This document shows positions 38,495-53,959 of a stretch of 64,000 nucleotides of DNA, piece after piece. The notes beneath the pieces were generated by a model. It was given only the letters and a program-made list of their open reading frames with translations, ran no database searches and had not been told where the DNA came from. The DNA is taken from contig OX442314.1 in NCBI GenBank assembly GCA_949358305.1, forward strand, positions 10,664,001 through 10,728,000. The letters run 5' to 3'. Positions within the stretch are counted from its first letter, which is position 1; each line of letters starts with the position of its first letter. The translations under genes were made by a program, and so were the position numbers. The DNA comes from Strigamia acuminata. Lineage: Eukaryota.

Positions 38495-39374
38495 AAAAAC
38501 AAAAAAAAAATAATAATAATCCCCACATAACCATAACAAAACCAAACCCCAAGTTCATGCCCCCTCACACCAATCCCCACCAATCACACTCAACAAAAAC
38601 ACTCCATCCAATATTTACAATCCCTTTTTCCTCCCTCCACCCAACCCATTCCTAAGTACTCCAATATTTACGATTCAAAAATTAACTGTTTTTTTGACCT
38701 TGGTCTACGCGACCAAAGAAAGATCCTTATTTAAACTTCCTCCATTAACTTTGATGAAGTACAAAAAAAAAATTTTTACCAAAAGAACCCACTTTTCTCC
38801 TATTTTTAGTACACCACTAAAATCCAAGGACTTTTCTAAAAAAAAATATATATATATTTCTAATATTGACAAACCTTTACCACTTTATCACTGTCCAATG
38901 TCATTTCCTTCAAATTGCCACCCAGAAACCAAAACAAGTGTTGAATTTTACCCTCATAAATCGGCCATTTTTTATTTATTTATTTATTTTTTATGCTCAT
39001 TGATGCTCAGTTGGATGTGAATTATTGATAGACCCCAAATGGTCATCTCAAGTTGACCTCAAAAGAAGAGAGAGAGAGAGAAGAGGGAAAAAAGGGAGAA
39101 AAAAAAAGATTGAATTATTAGGAGTTATTACTACGCCATTTCACACAAGAGTTTTCTCTCTTTCGCTCCCTCTTTTATATTCTATTATAATGCGGTTGAA
39201 TAAAGAGAGCGTTTTCATGGGAATCTAAACCAGGTCACAAATAGGAATGAGAAACATTCGGGAGTTAAGTGGGGACAAAATAAGTAGTGCATAAAAAAGC
39301 GATATATCGCCCATTGAATAAATTACACATACTTTGTGACTTTCCATCAATGTTATGTAGTCAAAATTAAATAA

Positions 39375-39835
39375 ATCGATCAAAATCGACTATTTTATCA
39401 ATGGTATCGAGTCTATACTAAAGAAATCGACTATTTCATTGATGATATCGAGTTAAAACTGAACAAATCAAACAAAATCGACTATTTTATCAACGATATC
39501 GAGTTAAAACTGAACAAATAAAACAAAATTGACTATTTTATCGATGATATCGAGTTAAAACCGAACAAATCAAACAAAATCGATTATTTTATCGATGATA
39601 TTGAGTTAAAACTGAACAAATCAAACAAAATCGACTATTTTATCGACGATATCGAGTTAAAACAGAAGAAATCAAACAAAATCGACTATTTTATCGACGA
39701 TATCGAGTCAATAATAAAGAAATATACTATTTTATCGATGATATCGAATCAACACTGAAAAAATAGACCTTTTTATCGACGATATCGAGTCAAAACTGAA
39801 CAAACAGACCTTTTTACCAACGACATCCACTCAAA
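39375..39835. repeat. 51-bp tandem array rich in ATCGA/TATCGAT
   Basis: ACTATTTTATC recurs at 39481 and 39532 (51 bp apart) and onward. Confidence 0.85.
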
Positions 39836-40891
39836 ACAAAACAAATCTATTAAAATCAACATTTATTTTGACGCCCTTCCATCAAACCCATCCAAATCGA
39901 TTTCACCTCAACTCAAAAAATCCAAACCAAACCAAACCAACCAAACCAATCGCCTACACCCACCATTACACAACAAAACAAAAACAAAAAAATAAATAAA
40001 ATAAAAAAATAATCCGCTTATTCCAATCGCCAAAGAATTCCTTATGTTTAGACTGCTGCATGCACATGAATGAGGATTCTTTCTTTCTTTCTCGCCCGTT
40101 CCCCACCCACGTCCAACTGCACACTCGTCCCCTAGCAACGCTCGTAAACATAATTCCCGTCTCATGATGCCTGGCCAAGATCTGCTGCCTCCACGGGTGC
40201 CAGACTGACTGCCACTCAGATTAGAAAAGAAAAGTAGCCCCTTCAATTCAAACAACTAACCCAACATGCCTTCCATAAATAATATTTGCAAGAAAAAAAA
40301 ACCGGACACACGCCCTGTTCTTCCATCAACATGGGGTCAGCAAGGGTCATCCAGATCATCTTGTTCTCCACACACTTTTAACACTTGCATAACATGGCGG
40401 TATCAAAGGATTAAACAAGTGCCAATGTGTTTTCCAAATTGGATCAATGCTAAGGATAACTTTTAAATTCGATCACCAGGGGGATATTTTTGAGCAAATT
40501 TTCAATTTACATGCGTGGTTCCACCAAGAACTGCACGTAATTGACACTGGGGGGAGATTGGGAGGTTCCAGTGAATTTTACCGTGGCAAAATTGGATAAT
40601 TTAATTATACTTTTTATTGCTTCGCTTAAAAATCCGAGCGAAACAGCGGAAAATATCTCCAGACCTCAGCATTACCACAAAGTGGGAGAAAGCCAAGATG
40701 TGGGAAAGGAAGTTGGAAATCTGGGCCCCAGGTGGCACTATAAATTATTCGTGTGGGGAGTGGATATGACTAGATGGAAGCTTCAATTGTACATCAAAAA
40801 ACGCTCGGTGTTCTGCGAGAACCCAACTTTGCATTTGCATCGACAACTGTGAAAACCACCGAAAAGTCGATGAAAACATTAGTAATACTTA

Positions 40892-41632
40892 TGCTACGTT
40901 CACACTTAAACCACTTTTGTAGAACTTATCATTTTCTACAAGTCTAAGTTCTACAAATCCGAAATCAATTGTTCACACTTAAGAATAGTTTTGTACAACT
41001 GTCAGATTGTTAGGGGTTTGCATTGTTGCTTGTAACTAATGATCTATTAAAGATAGAAACTTCTACTTTTTTTAAAAAGAAAGAGGGATGCCAGTTTAGT
41101 AAACCGACATATTTTTAAAATTTTTTTTCGAGATTAAAAGTTGACAATTTTGGGGTCGAAACGAAAGTGCACGATCTATTTCCACTCTATCGAAACGAAC
41201 AAAACACATTTCCGTTCGTATTTCACGAACCATTTGGGCTAGAAATACGTTCTTTTTTTTAAAAGAAAGATCGTTTTATTCCCCATCTTTTGATATATTG
41301 TATTAATTTTTTGATGCATTTGAAAGTGCTTTATTTTAATGCCGAAAGTTGCCTTGAAAGTTTAAATGGCGTCCATTTTATTTTTTGGATTTTCCTAGGA
41401 TCAGTCACATGACACAATGGGGGCGTGTTTTGCAGTTGTGACGTCAAGTTTAAGAAAACTTTTCTACAACTTGAGTTGTAAAAAAGTCCGCCATCTTGTT
41501 TTGAGTTGTAGAAAACCTTTGGTAGTGTGAACACAGGTTTTCTACAAAAGTGGCGAGTTTTGTACAAAAGTGGCGAGTTTTGTACAAAAGTGGCGAGTTT
41601 TGTACAAAAGTGGTTTAAGTGTGAACGTAGCA
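40892..41632. mobile_element. PIF/Harbinger-type MITE
   Basis: 30-bp TIR TGCTACGTTCACACTTAAACCACTTTTGTA at both ends, with TTA TSDs at 40889-40891 and 41633-41635. Confidence 0.85.
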
Positions 41633-43254
41633 TTAGTCACAGATATAAGTCAAAGAAGTGATTTCAATTTCACTTAATCTTAATCCTCTCAATTGAATTC
41701 TTTCAAGTTGATTTCTCATATTCTCGAGTTGCACTCAAAAAGGCACCGCACAATGTGTACTTCCATTGGTCGAGCCAGATACGATGTAGAAGACGTCGTA
41801 TCCTGTTTTAGAGAAGTCACATTTCAGATGAATAAGTCGATCCGTCTTTTAAAGATTGAGTGCACCTAATGTTGTGTTATTCAGAAGCTGAGTGTCTCTT
41901 TGTGGTGTTTGGAATCACTCTTCTTTTGTTTCAATCCCATGTGGCTGTTCCTTCAATGCATGATAAGAATCTATTGCAAGAAGACAGTTCTCAGCTGCAA
42001 AACCGTATTTCGAGCAAGGTGCTGAAAACTTAACAATGTTCCCCCTTTTGGTGTGGTTTACCTCTTTAGTTTCTGTGGAGTCAAGCAAGATGGCCTACAG
42101 CTAATAGAGGTTGCCAACAAATCCCCAAAGCTCTCTGCTGGGAACTGTTGCCAAATTCCCAGCACACTTCAACTATCCTGTGTTACATCGATTGCACGGG
42201 ATTGCATCAATATTACAATTCTGAATGCAATAAGCAGAACCTAAACTGTATTACTGGTAATCACATCTTCGTGTTTTCGAAAAAGCAATACTTGCCGCCA
42301 AGAAAAAATAACATGACATTCTAACCTAAATTTGGCGATAGTCTCTTGAGTCTGACAAACTCCATTGCAAACAGAAAATGTGTACCGTACTGCCAAGAAT
42401 AACATGGACACGTATTCATGAATTATTTCCTATTGATTCATTGTTCAGTGCGCTGATTGGATGACCGCAATCACATGTCATGCATTGCTTGCTAACTAAG
42501 CATGTTTGTTACCTGTTGTCACCCCAGAATTCAGTGCGCCTATATATTATGTGGCATTGTCAATGGCAAAACGCACTGAACATGTGGATACGTCTACATG
42601 TTATCCTTGATTCTTGATACAATCACCTATTAAAGATATCTATAATAACCCAAGTTTTCTTTTAAAAAAATAGTTGAAATTGTACAAAGTCTTGTATAAA
42701 ACTCAATAAAAACTCAGCGAATTGTCTTGCGATAATCTCGCTAACAGGCAAATCCAGGAATGCAAATCGGTGCCAAGCAGTTGCCAAGACTCTTCTCCCA
42801 AACTCCCAGTATGATCACTAGAAACTACGAATCATGACATTACTTCTTTTTGAAAACCTAGTCCTGCAGATAAATGTAAAAGAATTCTTGACAAAGGATT
42901 TTCCCTGGTGAAGTGTACATTTCCACGTTTAGGACAGATTAAGACAAGTTAAGATGTCATGCTCTTTTCCCCTTGGCTTGGCAGCAAATGATGCCACACA
43001 AGAATGCAGATCATTGGACAGAAAGCAAGTTGAGACATCTCCTCCAGACCCCTCATTTGCCCCCTGTAGACCTACATATCAGCAGGAGATAATTATTGCG
43101 TCATAGGATGCTGAATTTTCTCTTGTTCTTCAAAACAGACTCTAGTTGTGTCACAAAATGCTGAGTTTATTACAGCTTTTCCAAAACAATCGTACAGCGA
43201 GTCCCCAACATACGAACATTGAAGTTACCGACACCCATTAGAACTCGACGTTAA

Positions 43255-43411
43255 TACAGTCGTAACTCTTTATAACGAATCGCAAGGGACCCGAAAAATC
43301 GATTCGTTATAACTAGTATTCGTTATATCGAAATTTTTTAACATAGTGTTCTATGGCCAGCCAACCAAACCAGGCATTTTTAGGTATTCCTTATATCGCG
43401 ATTCGACTGTA
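43255..43411. mobile_element. pogo/Tigger-like MITE (CAGTCG-type TIR, TA TSD) nested in a second TA-MITE (~43193-43697)
   Basis: TACAGTCGTAACTC...TTCGACTGTA. The same family occurs at 57557-57728, 58365-58552 and partially at ~32060-32164. Confidence 0.7.
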
Positions 43412-44524
43412 CGAGGCACCTTTATAAATTTCTAATAAAAAAATAGTGAGATTAAAAATGTGGGAAAATTAATGAATTTGGGTTTAGTTAAATTAGTGGG
43501 ACAAAAAAATTAATTTAGTGGGAAATTTAATAATTTGTTAGTGGGATTCTCAGGAAAATTAGTGGGCCAATAAATGGGACCCTTCTTTAATTAAGATTAA
43601 CAATTTTTCCACCTTACACCTTTGCTGGACTTACGAACAATTCGAAATGTTAACGCATTCTCGGAACATAACTCCTTCGTATATTGAGAACATACTGATA
43701 AGTTGATTCTTAGAAAAACCTTTTCCCACAGCAGCCACCAGGGACATTTTCTTTTACCACACAATGCCCAACATCAATTTCTCCCTGCAACCAATCCAAT
43801 TAACTGACACAAATGCTGCTAATTTGTTGCAGCCCTAAATCAAGACACCACAATAATTGTTGACAGGAAGTGGGGCTCTTCAACATCAACTTCTGGAGCA
43901 TTTCACTTTCCTAAATAATACCAACTGGCATTAGAACAGTTAAATACAAACTCCTTGTCACATAACAATAATATAAACCATAATTTATGTCACCTGTAAT
44001 TAACTTTGTCATAAAATCTTTTTTTAAACCCTAACCCAAATATTAAAAAAAAAAAACTCACTTGACCTTACACAATGCCTACCTTAAAGTTGTCTTTCTG
44101 CCCCTCCAAAAACAAAGTGCCTCTTATGGCAATCTTAGCCAATTCTAATCCAAAATGGACCTTAAACTCCACGAATTGTTTACCTAGCAAATATTTCATG
44201 TAGACCTTAACACATTACTTAAGACCTAAAATTTCCTTGTCTTCTAGACTTTGACCTTCCCAAAATGTCCTCTGTCTCCCTCAATTAAAAGAAAAAACAA
44301 ATACATTCCATGAAAGTATACATCTTGCATTTAAAAGGGAGGAGTTGCATGTCAATCTGGATGATGTTTAATCACACCCACCGTGGTATTAAATTAATTA
44401 AAGAGGGTGCATGTAAAGGAACAAATGTTTAGTTTTGCACGAGGAACAGCCACAAGAGGGTGGAGTGAAGTTTCGCTTCTTATCATTAAAATGGTTGCTA
44501 TTTAAAGCTGAAGCACCACTTCCT

Positions 44525-44790
44525 GAGATAAAATTGTTTGAAATTTTATTATAGCAACCGTCCAACATAAGAAGCAGAGTGAACAGACTCTGGCAACCTT
44601 TTATGACGGTAGACACAACGAAAGACCACTACGCAGAACCGTTACAGTGGATTTGCGAAAAGCTTTTCCCAAAAAACAGCTATGTCTGTCCTACAAACTT
44701 CAATTTTGTGGCACAACGTTGAATATAGCCCGATCGTGCAGCACGAAATCGAGTGGCTTTCATACATTTTTTATCGGCAACGTCTGCTGC
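44525..44790 (+). pseudogene. Decayed non-LTR (LINE) reverse transcriptase remnant
   Basis: Ordered traces KLFEILL, VDLRKAF, LSYKLQFCG and WLSYIFYRQ match the LINE RT series KxFExxxxxRL, DxxKAFD, LxxKLxxxG and WxxSYLxxRxQ. Frames are broken. Confidence 0.55.
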
Positions 44791-47619
44791 CGAGAGAAAA
44801 TAACATACTGTATTTCTTCGATTCTAAGACACTATCGATTGTAAGACGCACACCAGTGTTGTGCATTGGCGTAAAAACCGTACCCGTTACCCGCCCGTTA
44901 CCCGTCTCCAATGGGGTAAAGGAAAAACAAAAGACTGAGGAATAACTAACAACTGATAATGCCACTCAAGGCATTCTTGGATGCTCCTTGGATGTCAAAA
45001 TCGCACGAATAAGACTCCGATAAAAATTAATTCTATTAAGACATCTTGTGTGCAGTAATACATCCTGGAGTTGACACGCCTTTCGATTCCTCAGAGGATC
45101 TTTAATCTAGTTTTGCTAATTGCATAATTAAATGGTTACGCAAGGATAATGGAATGTGGGTCCGCTCTAATTACTTTCGCTCGATTGCAGCAGATGGAAG
45201 CTGAATTTCTTGCATCACCTTTGAAAATGTTGAAAAACTATTTCCATAACAAATAGAGCTTTCCTTTTCCATATCTATCATGTCCCTGCATCATCAATTA
45301 CTCAAACTTGAAAGGAAACAAAATTCCTTACAAATATTCTAGTAAAGATAAGCACTTTTTTGGACTGACTTAATCAGTGCATACACATGTGTGGCTCATT
45401 AAGAGAAGTCACTAAAGAGCAAAAAAAATAACAAGTTAGTTCCATTTCTTTGTTTTTCTTAATGTTTAACTCAAAATTAGCATTTTTCTAAAGAAACACA
45501 CTTAACACCCTTTCCCCTTCTTCCCCCACAAGGAAAGGAGAGTACCAAGTAACTAATCAAGTTGGCCAATGGTCTGTAAAAGAAAAAAAAAGGACAAGAC
45601 TTGATGAATGACTGCAATAAATGTATCAAGTCGACTTTTCAAAGAGACAAAAGAAGACCCAACTGCTGTCAGTGACAAACCCACAACCATAAACCCAAAA
45701 CACATTTCCTTTATCAAAAAAATAATTCCATGATAAAATAAGCCAAAGTCCAAAACAACAAAGGAAATTACGAAAGAAAAGCAAAAAATAGACCAAAAGA
45801 GAAAAAAATAAAACAATTTTGTCAATTTTCTTTGTATTTTCACACTTTCTTCCTTGTTAAGTATCCAAAACAAGTTGAGTGCTGCACTTAGCAGGGGGTT
45901 AATAGATCCCCGATTCCTCCACTCATGGAACCAACACGTGTGGATGCGTTTTTCCAACATCTGTCCTTACTTTGTCGGTTTAAACCAAATAGGATCGAAT
46001 TAAGTCTGGACAAAACCTCATCTCATGTGTCCATAAATACAATGGCGTCTAACCAAGTGGAGACTACAGCTTCAGGTCTGACATGACATTCCAAATCTTT
46101 AACAACGGGAACACCAGAGGTTTACCGTTTTCCATTAACGACTTAAACTATTACAAATTCTTTGATCGACTTGCTGCGACTACAGTCTCCTTCCGGAACC
46201 TTAATGCCAAAATCAAACTACGCACACCCCATACTAAGGGTGCGTTTGAATCAGATTTTTTAAAAATCCGATTCAGTCCAAAAAGTTTCGGATGGATAAA
46301 CTAATTATCCAATCCTATCCGGAAAAAAATTGTGGCCCATCCAATCCTATCCTCATTCAATTCAAACCGAGTGCGGATTGCGGATGGGATTGAGTCCCAA
46401 ACGCCCAAACGTGTCAAACTGATGAATTAAATGAAAAAATGACCAAAAACTGATGAATCAAGTGAAAAATGACCATAAACTGATAAATCATGTGAAAAAT
46501 GACCAAAAACTGATAAATTGTGTGCAGAAATGACCAAAAAAAAGTTTAAAAAGAGCAAAAATTACCAAAAACGGATGAATTACGTGCAAAACTGACCAAA
46601 AAAAGTCGAAAAAAGTGAAAAAAAAAACATAAAAATTTAAAATAAAGTGCATTTAAATTAATTTTTTGAATTTCGGATTATATGGATCGGTTTCGGTTTT
46701 CCCCCTCAATCCTATCCAGAATGTATGGATAAAATTTATAATTATCCAATCCGATTATTGGTCCAATTGTTATACAAATTTGTCAAACCAATCTTAAATC
46801 ATACAGAAAAATCACAAGCAGTGATCAATAGACTACTCTCTAGTGTGACATCATTGCAAACAGATCGTTTACATCCTGCTGCAAAATTTACAAAAAAATT
46901 TTAATCTCCAAATCAATTCTCTTCCCCTCCTTTTCATATCCCCCTCTTCATAAAGCAAACGCATCATTGTCATTTTTTTTACTTCAATGAACATATTTCA
47001 ATCTCACCTTTGGTCTACACAGGTGCAAGAAATGAAAAGTTCCCTTTAAACTGACCCCTGCTCGTGCTGCCTTGCCAGACCAGCGGCAGATGTTTAATCA
47101 AAGGCAGGCGTCTCTCTCTCTCTCACCTGTCCATTGCACTCTAACTCGTGCCCCAGCCAGGTGCGAGACAGTGTGGATGGGGTCACATCTGCTCTACCTA
47201 TACGGGGTAAATGGGTCCTAAACAAAACCCAAACTGCTAATTCCATTTTAAAGGCGGTTAAAAACATGACATGCGCACATTGCACCTTTAACGCGTCTTT
47301 ACATTCTCCTGAATACACAAATTCAGCATGGGGCCATTTCCATCTGTTGTTAATTACAACCCATTCACTCGTTCATTAGTAATGGCACTCACACCAACTA
47401 TAAACAATAGTTAATGAGTTAGCGATGAGTTTTTCAACACCTTGGTCGTTAAACGCTGATCGAGGTCATTGATTGGGTTCAATGTAATGCTACAACGTGA
47501 AATTTTAAATATGTTAAAAGCAATACATTTTTTAACATTGAGTATCGTGCAGAGAGTAGTCTGAATAAATCGCAATAAATTACAATAGAGTTGTCGATTA
47601 TCCGAATGACTCGTTATAC

Positions 47620-47915
47620 GATTTTTATCGATTTTTGAATCGATTTTCACGATTTTTTTGTTGATTTTTGAATCAATTTTTCACGATTTTTTGTTGATTT
47701 TGAATCGATTTTTCACGATTTTTTTTGTTGATTTTTAAATCGATTTTTCACGATCTTTGAATCAATTTTTCACGATTCTTTGTTGATTTTGAATCGATTT
47801 TTCACGATTTTTTGTTGATTTTGAATAAATTTTTCACGATTTTTTGTTGATTTTTTAATCAATTTTTCACAATTTTTTTTTTCGATTTTTAAATCGATTT
47901 TCACGATTTTTTTCA
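47620..47915. repeat. ~31-33-bp degenerate T-tract array
   Basis: ATCGATTTTTCACGATTTTTTGTTGATTTTGA units. Confidence 0.8.
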
Positions 47916-50900
47916 ATTATCCTATACAGTACAGTACGTATATAAACCTTACGTCCAATTACGCAAACAAATCGATTTTATAAACACCCATTTCTCCCAA
48001 TTAATTCACACAATCACCACTACTGTAATGCAAAAATCCCACACAATACATCACTTACAAATTAACTAATCCCTGCATGATGCCCACCAATGCACACCAA
48101 AATAACCAAATCCACAGCTTTAAAATAACCCCAAGTGTGCAATTTACAATTCTAACCACACAAAAAACACTGCAAGGGAGTCGAAAACCGTCTGCGAGTC
48201 AGACAACCTTTTTAAACAACTTTATTCCAACACAAAATGACATCCTTAATGTTCCATTCCATCCCCACCCGAAGGGAAATAGGCATAAGACACATGCGAC
48301 GAGAAAACAACCGGAAATTCATCCGCAAACAGCATCAAAAAACCGGAAATAAACAAAAAAAACCAAAAAAAAAATTAATACCCAACACTCATCTTGACCC
48401 CCACAAAATTCCACACCCATAAAACCCCCACCCAACCATAAATATTCCCAAAAACCCGAAAAAAAATCGAAAAAACGCCACCAGACCTTGAATCTCCAAC
48501 GCCCCCATTTTTAAGGCCAAGTTCAACATGAACCCCTCCCACGAGGGGGCAAACAAACACAACCCAGACAGTAATACGTGCGTCTGTACGCCTTACCTGC
48601 CTTAAAGCGCGAATCTTAGGCGAAATTCCATCACACATCTCACGCCGCACGTATTTCATCTGACTCACAACAGGGGCCGCGAAACCGACTGAGGGGAGGG
48701 GGTTCGGCGCTCGAATGAGGGGAAAGGGAATGGGGAAACACTCGCCCAGCTTCCGAACCAATGGCAGCGCTTTGCTGCTTGCTTTTCTCCCCATTGATTT
48801 TTCCTCATCAAAGCCACCTCCAGGAGGCCACCATGCTTCGGTTTCGGGTTTGTCAATGGAAGAGCGACGGGCTTCTCCTCACTACACCCAAATCATTCAT
48901 ACGAGTGCGACCGTGGCCCACCATTTCAATGGGCATTTCAAGGGGGCCCAATTGGGATGACAACAACATTTTTATTTTCGTTTTAAAATACAATGAGGGT
49001 GGAAAATGAATGGAAAATAATTGTTTTTTGGGAGTTTTCGGGGTTTTGGGGGGAATTTTTGAGGGGTTTTGGACGTTTTCGGGAGTTTTGGGAATTTTGA
49101 AAGGTTTTGGAAGTTTTCGGAACTATTTGGAGAAATTTTGGAGTTTTTTTTAGCTTTTTGGGAGGTTTGAGGTTTTTTCTGGGTTTTTTTTGGTTTTTTT
49201 GGGGGGTTTTGGGTTTTTTTTTTTACGGTTTTGGGTTTTTTTGAGGGGTTTTGGGATGATTTTGGAAAGTTTTCGGAGGTTTTTGGTATTTTTTGGAGGT
49301 TTTTTTTATATTTTTTGGTGGTTTTTGGAGGTTTTGGGGGAATTTTTGGAATTTTTTAATCGACGTTGGTGGTCAGTTTTGTTGTTAGTTGGTCTGCAAT
49401 ACCCCTGGCAACAAGTTTTACCTGTGGGGTGTTTGATAAAAACCTCGTGCCCATTAGATCATCGCATTCTTTCATGCTTATCTCATGCTTTTTCGTTCAA
49501 CCCGTCATTAACTCGAGGTAAAAACCGTTTCCGCTGCTAAAAGCCCCACAAAAAATTTTATTTATTTATTTATTTATTCATTTATATATTTATTTATTTA
49601 TTTATTTTTCCAGAAAAAATTAATTGATTTTGTAAGAAAATTGGCATTTTCTTGCGTTTTATTATTATTTTTTTCTACTTTAAATTGTTTTTATTTACAA
49701 TTTTTTTTCCTTGGGTGTTATTCCACCTTGGTTCATCAAACCTAGGCCTATTTCATAGCCCTGAGCAGTCTACAAACATTACCTCAGCATCTCTCAAGGT
49801 CAGGCACGACAAAAATGGCCGCCACAGAGGGGGATAAATGTGTGAGTCATCAAGCAGCTGGAATCACCAAAATAGAACACAAAATTTCACCAATAAAAAC
49901 ACAAAATCAATTTTAAATCTCAAATTTTAAATTTTAATTCACAAAAACAAAACACAAAAAAATCAATTAATTTCACCCAAAACCCAATTTTCTAATGATA
50001 TTTTACATCTGGATAATCAAATCCAGTGTCAAAACCCTTGAGTTATGGCGCTCTACATGCAACATTACCTTCAATGCGAGCTGAATTCAAAAATCCATGC
50101 TAATTTATCTTTTCATTTAAAACACTGAATCACTCCCCTTTGTACCCTTAATCACTGTATTCTCTTCCTCATGTCTATTCATGTGCATAGAAATAAACAC
50201 AAAAAAATCCAAATTAAAAAATGACAACAAAAAATATATGTATAAATAAAGAAAAACCTTGCCCACAGCATCACCCCTTGAATACAAATCCTACATTCAC
50301 CTTAACCACACTCACACCTGACATTTTAACAACAAGTAATTACCACATGAATCAATTAACAAGCCAGAAAATAGACACACCAAACCAAAACAGCAACAAA
50401 CCTTTCAATTTGACCATTTTCAACCCTAAGCCTAGTCCTAAACGAGCCCAAAAAGGCCCCAAACAGTCAAATATAGGCCCAACGTCTGGATATACCCACC
50501 ATCCGCCATTGCAATCGAAAAGTCCGTCTGTATGATTTATCAGTAGGCCTGTGCGATTAATTTTTGTCGCGAATGCGATTGCGATATTGGATTGTTGCGA
50601 TATTTTTGCGATATATCGCGATATAATCGCATTAATCGGCGTTTATATAAACAGCAAAAACAGACGACAAAAACATACCTAACGGAATCTACGAATATTT
50701 GCGAGATTATTTAGCTTTTGCACGCGTTACTGTAACTTGGGCCTATTTATGACTTGAATATACATTTTCTAATAAAATACAAACAATATTACATCATTTC
50801 AATGATAGAAATAATAAAACAAATTTAAAACCAAACTGAAATATTTTTCCTGGTAAAAACAAACTCTGGCTGCATCCACCGAATTACTTTCGGCTTGTTT

Positions 50901-53693
50901 ACGTTCCATAAACAGCAAAAACGATTTTTCAAAAGCGCCACTGAGAAAATCTCTTCCCACGCCCCTGAAAACGCCTTTAGTCATCACTTCCATAATCCTC
51001 TTGAAATCTCAACACAATTTCGAATTCAAGAAACATAAAAGGGGTCGTTGATGAGGGGGAACAAAGAGCTAACACTTCGCCACCTAAATTCATTTTGCCA
51101 GTAACAACAGCCAGCGCCATCTGGGGTCGGGTTCAAACCGCCAAAACGTTTTTCAAATTTAATTTTATTTAATTCCTCTGAATATGATAATCTTCATGTT
51201 TGTAAACACGCTCGCTTTTCTAGTCATTGAACCTCGCTAGAGCGAGGAAAATATGCGGTTGCAAATTGCAACTTCAACTTCCGCATTTCATAAATCAAAA
51301 CTATAATTATTGAGGATTCATCATCGTTTCACAAAGGGACTAGTTTCGACCAGTTTGCCACCAGGTGGATGTGCAAATCTCCAATTGCAGTAAGTCGAAT
51401 AGTGTAATTCAACTCGCGCAACTGAACTCGTCTCACATTTAATAACCTTTCCAAAATAATCCAAAACGCTTTCATTTCATATCTTTATTTCCACCTAATC
51501 CATTCAATTTTTTATTTTTATTATTTATTCAGTTTGAGTAAAGCACTCAAGGTGTCAAGTGGAATCAGTGGATCAAAAAGGTCAAACACGATCAAAATAA
51601 TCCAAATTTTGACGTCAGTTACTTGTTGAATATACGGTTTTAAGTATAATGCGCATTCACATTGCTCATCCGCAATAACCGCCGCCATTATTTCAGTTTT
51701 AACGCTGTTTTCGACTGACTTAACGCCCAAAACAGCCATCGAAAACCGCAAAAACCAAAACCAAAGTGTTTTTTGTCGTTGTTTACGCTTGTTTTGGGCT
51801 TTAAATTGAACAAACAGATCCAAGATGGCGTTACCCAAAAATAAACCGTAGCTGCATTCAAAAACTAAAATATTTTGTGTTTTACTTCAATTTTAAAACA
51901 AAAATGACATCACTTCCTGTTTAAACCCTTGTTAAAACTTAAAATACACTTAAACTAAAATTGTTATTTTTATTTTTGAATGCAACTCGTGAAATTTTTG
52001 TAGATTTCAGCCAAAAACATCTTAGAATCGCAGATGCGACTTCAAAAGCTTTTTTTCCGTTGACACAATCGACAACATCTTAAAATCGAAGAAATACGGT
52101 ATCTCACATTTACCCGCTGTTTCCGACTGATTTAACACCAAAAACAGCCATAAACCATCACCAAAAACCGCAAAAACAAAAACCGAAGTGATTTTCTCTA
52201 CCGTTGTTTACGCTTGTTTTGGCTTTTAAATTTAACAAGTTTGTAATTTCCTAACGTGCTCAAACCTGCACAATTCCTTGTGCTGCAAATACACCACAAC
52301 AAGCAAATCCAAGATGGCGTCGCCCCTAAAGAAATAAAAACCACAAAAAAAAATTCTCTACATTTCACTCAAATTGAAGGTAAAAAAAAAATATATATTC
52401 CAAGATCCTGTTATAAATTTAAACACAAGCAGATGAATCAAAACAAAATGTCAAAGGCCACCACTACACATGAATGAATACAAACCCTCCTCACATGATG
52501 CCATGCCATATTGTGTATACACGTGGTGCCTAACCCTTTCATGACTCCAATTTCCTCTCAACCATTTTTTCCCCACCATTAACACATCAAATATGGCCTT
52601 AATTCAAGACATGACATTTAGAACCAAAAAAAAAAAAAAAAAACTAGGACAACCAATTTAAATTAAGAATTCATTCTCAGCCATAAAAGATTTTTATTAA
52701 AAAAAAATGTTACAATTACAACCAAGTGCAAACTAGATGTAACACCACACCCAATTAAAACTCCATCCCAATTTTATTTGGGTCAACATTTATACTTCTC
52801 AAGGAGAAAACAGCAAACCAAAACTTAAAAAAAAAATTCTTTTTTCATTTGATGATGATTGATGCACTATCAAACATCTCATCTCATCTTTAAAATAAGC
52901 CTATAATATCAGCATGTGGGTGGATGATAATATCATGCTTGTAATCATGGTCTCAAGTGCCTTTTCAAACTGCTCAACTCATTAATTGACATCTTTCTTT
53001 CGTCTATTTATCTGACCATCTCCTCCTCCTATTTATCTTTTTTTTTTATATTCTCAAATTAACATTAAGACAATTGAGATATTTTTTTTATCTTCAATTA
53101 TTAACACTTAATGCAAGAAACCTCCCACATAGATGTCACTTCCATGTGCACATTGACTTTGAAACATCTCTTTTGCATCCAGATGTCCATTGAGTGGCCA
53201 GTCAAGGTCCAAATTAAAAAAAAAAATTATGAAAAATGGAAGTTGTTCAAATGGTCGTCCACTCTAACTGGATTTAAGTGAAAGTGACCTAAATGACCAA
53301 ATAATGGGTAGCGATTAAATAACAGCCGTTATTTGAATTGCTGCCAGGTTAGTGGCATTAAAACATTGAATAATGGCCAACAGAAATATGGAGATTGTAA
53401 ATTAGCATTAGCCAACTGTGAAATGAGACATGATTCGCTTGGATCCACTGGTTGCATTCAATTGCTTTTAAACAATTTTGTATAAGCCGATTTGCACGAA
53501 TTCAATTTGCATACTCGTGCGAATGCGGTTTAACTGCAAGTGGATAAACGGCAATCACTAAGAAAACAGTTGGTGACAAGCTGACAAGTTCTGACATGTT
53601 CCTATATTTTTGTAACAGCAAAATGAGCCAAAAATTTGATTTTTCTGTACGATTTAAGATTGGTTTGCAAATTTGTATAAAAATTGGACCAAT

Positions 53694-53957
53694 ACCGTAT
53701 TTTATCGATTAAGAGCCGCGGCTCTTATTCAAAACTGCCATTTTTGTCAGCAATTACAATTTCGGTTTACATTTGTTTAATGTAACAAACGAAGTCTGAA
53801 CGTCATGAACGAAGTGTACGTTCATCGTTCGTGAGGTTAAATACGGAAGCAATACCGTACTTTTGCAAAAATACGGTATTCTTAATTTCTCAGCCGCGGC
53901 TACTATTCAAGGGCGGCTACAATTCGAGGGTGACTCTCAATCGGTAAAATACGGTAT
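53694..53957. mobile_element. TACCGTA-type MITE
   Basis: TACCGTATTTTATCGATT...AATCGGTAAAATACGGTA inverted termini. Confidence 0.75.
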
Positions 53958-53959
53958 AC

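Noticed and set aside
41650..43900. Possible ancient LINE ORF2 remnant interrupted by MITEs
   Set aside because: Only faint motif traces are visible, too degraded to call without a profile search.
51108..51128. CTCF-like motif (CCAGATGGCGC on the minus strand; similar at ~32895)
   Set aside because: A short motif that is common in repeats; function cannot be supported from sequence alone.
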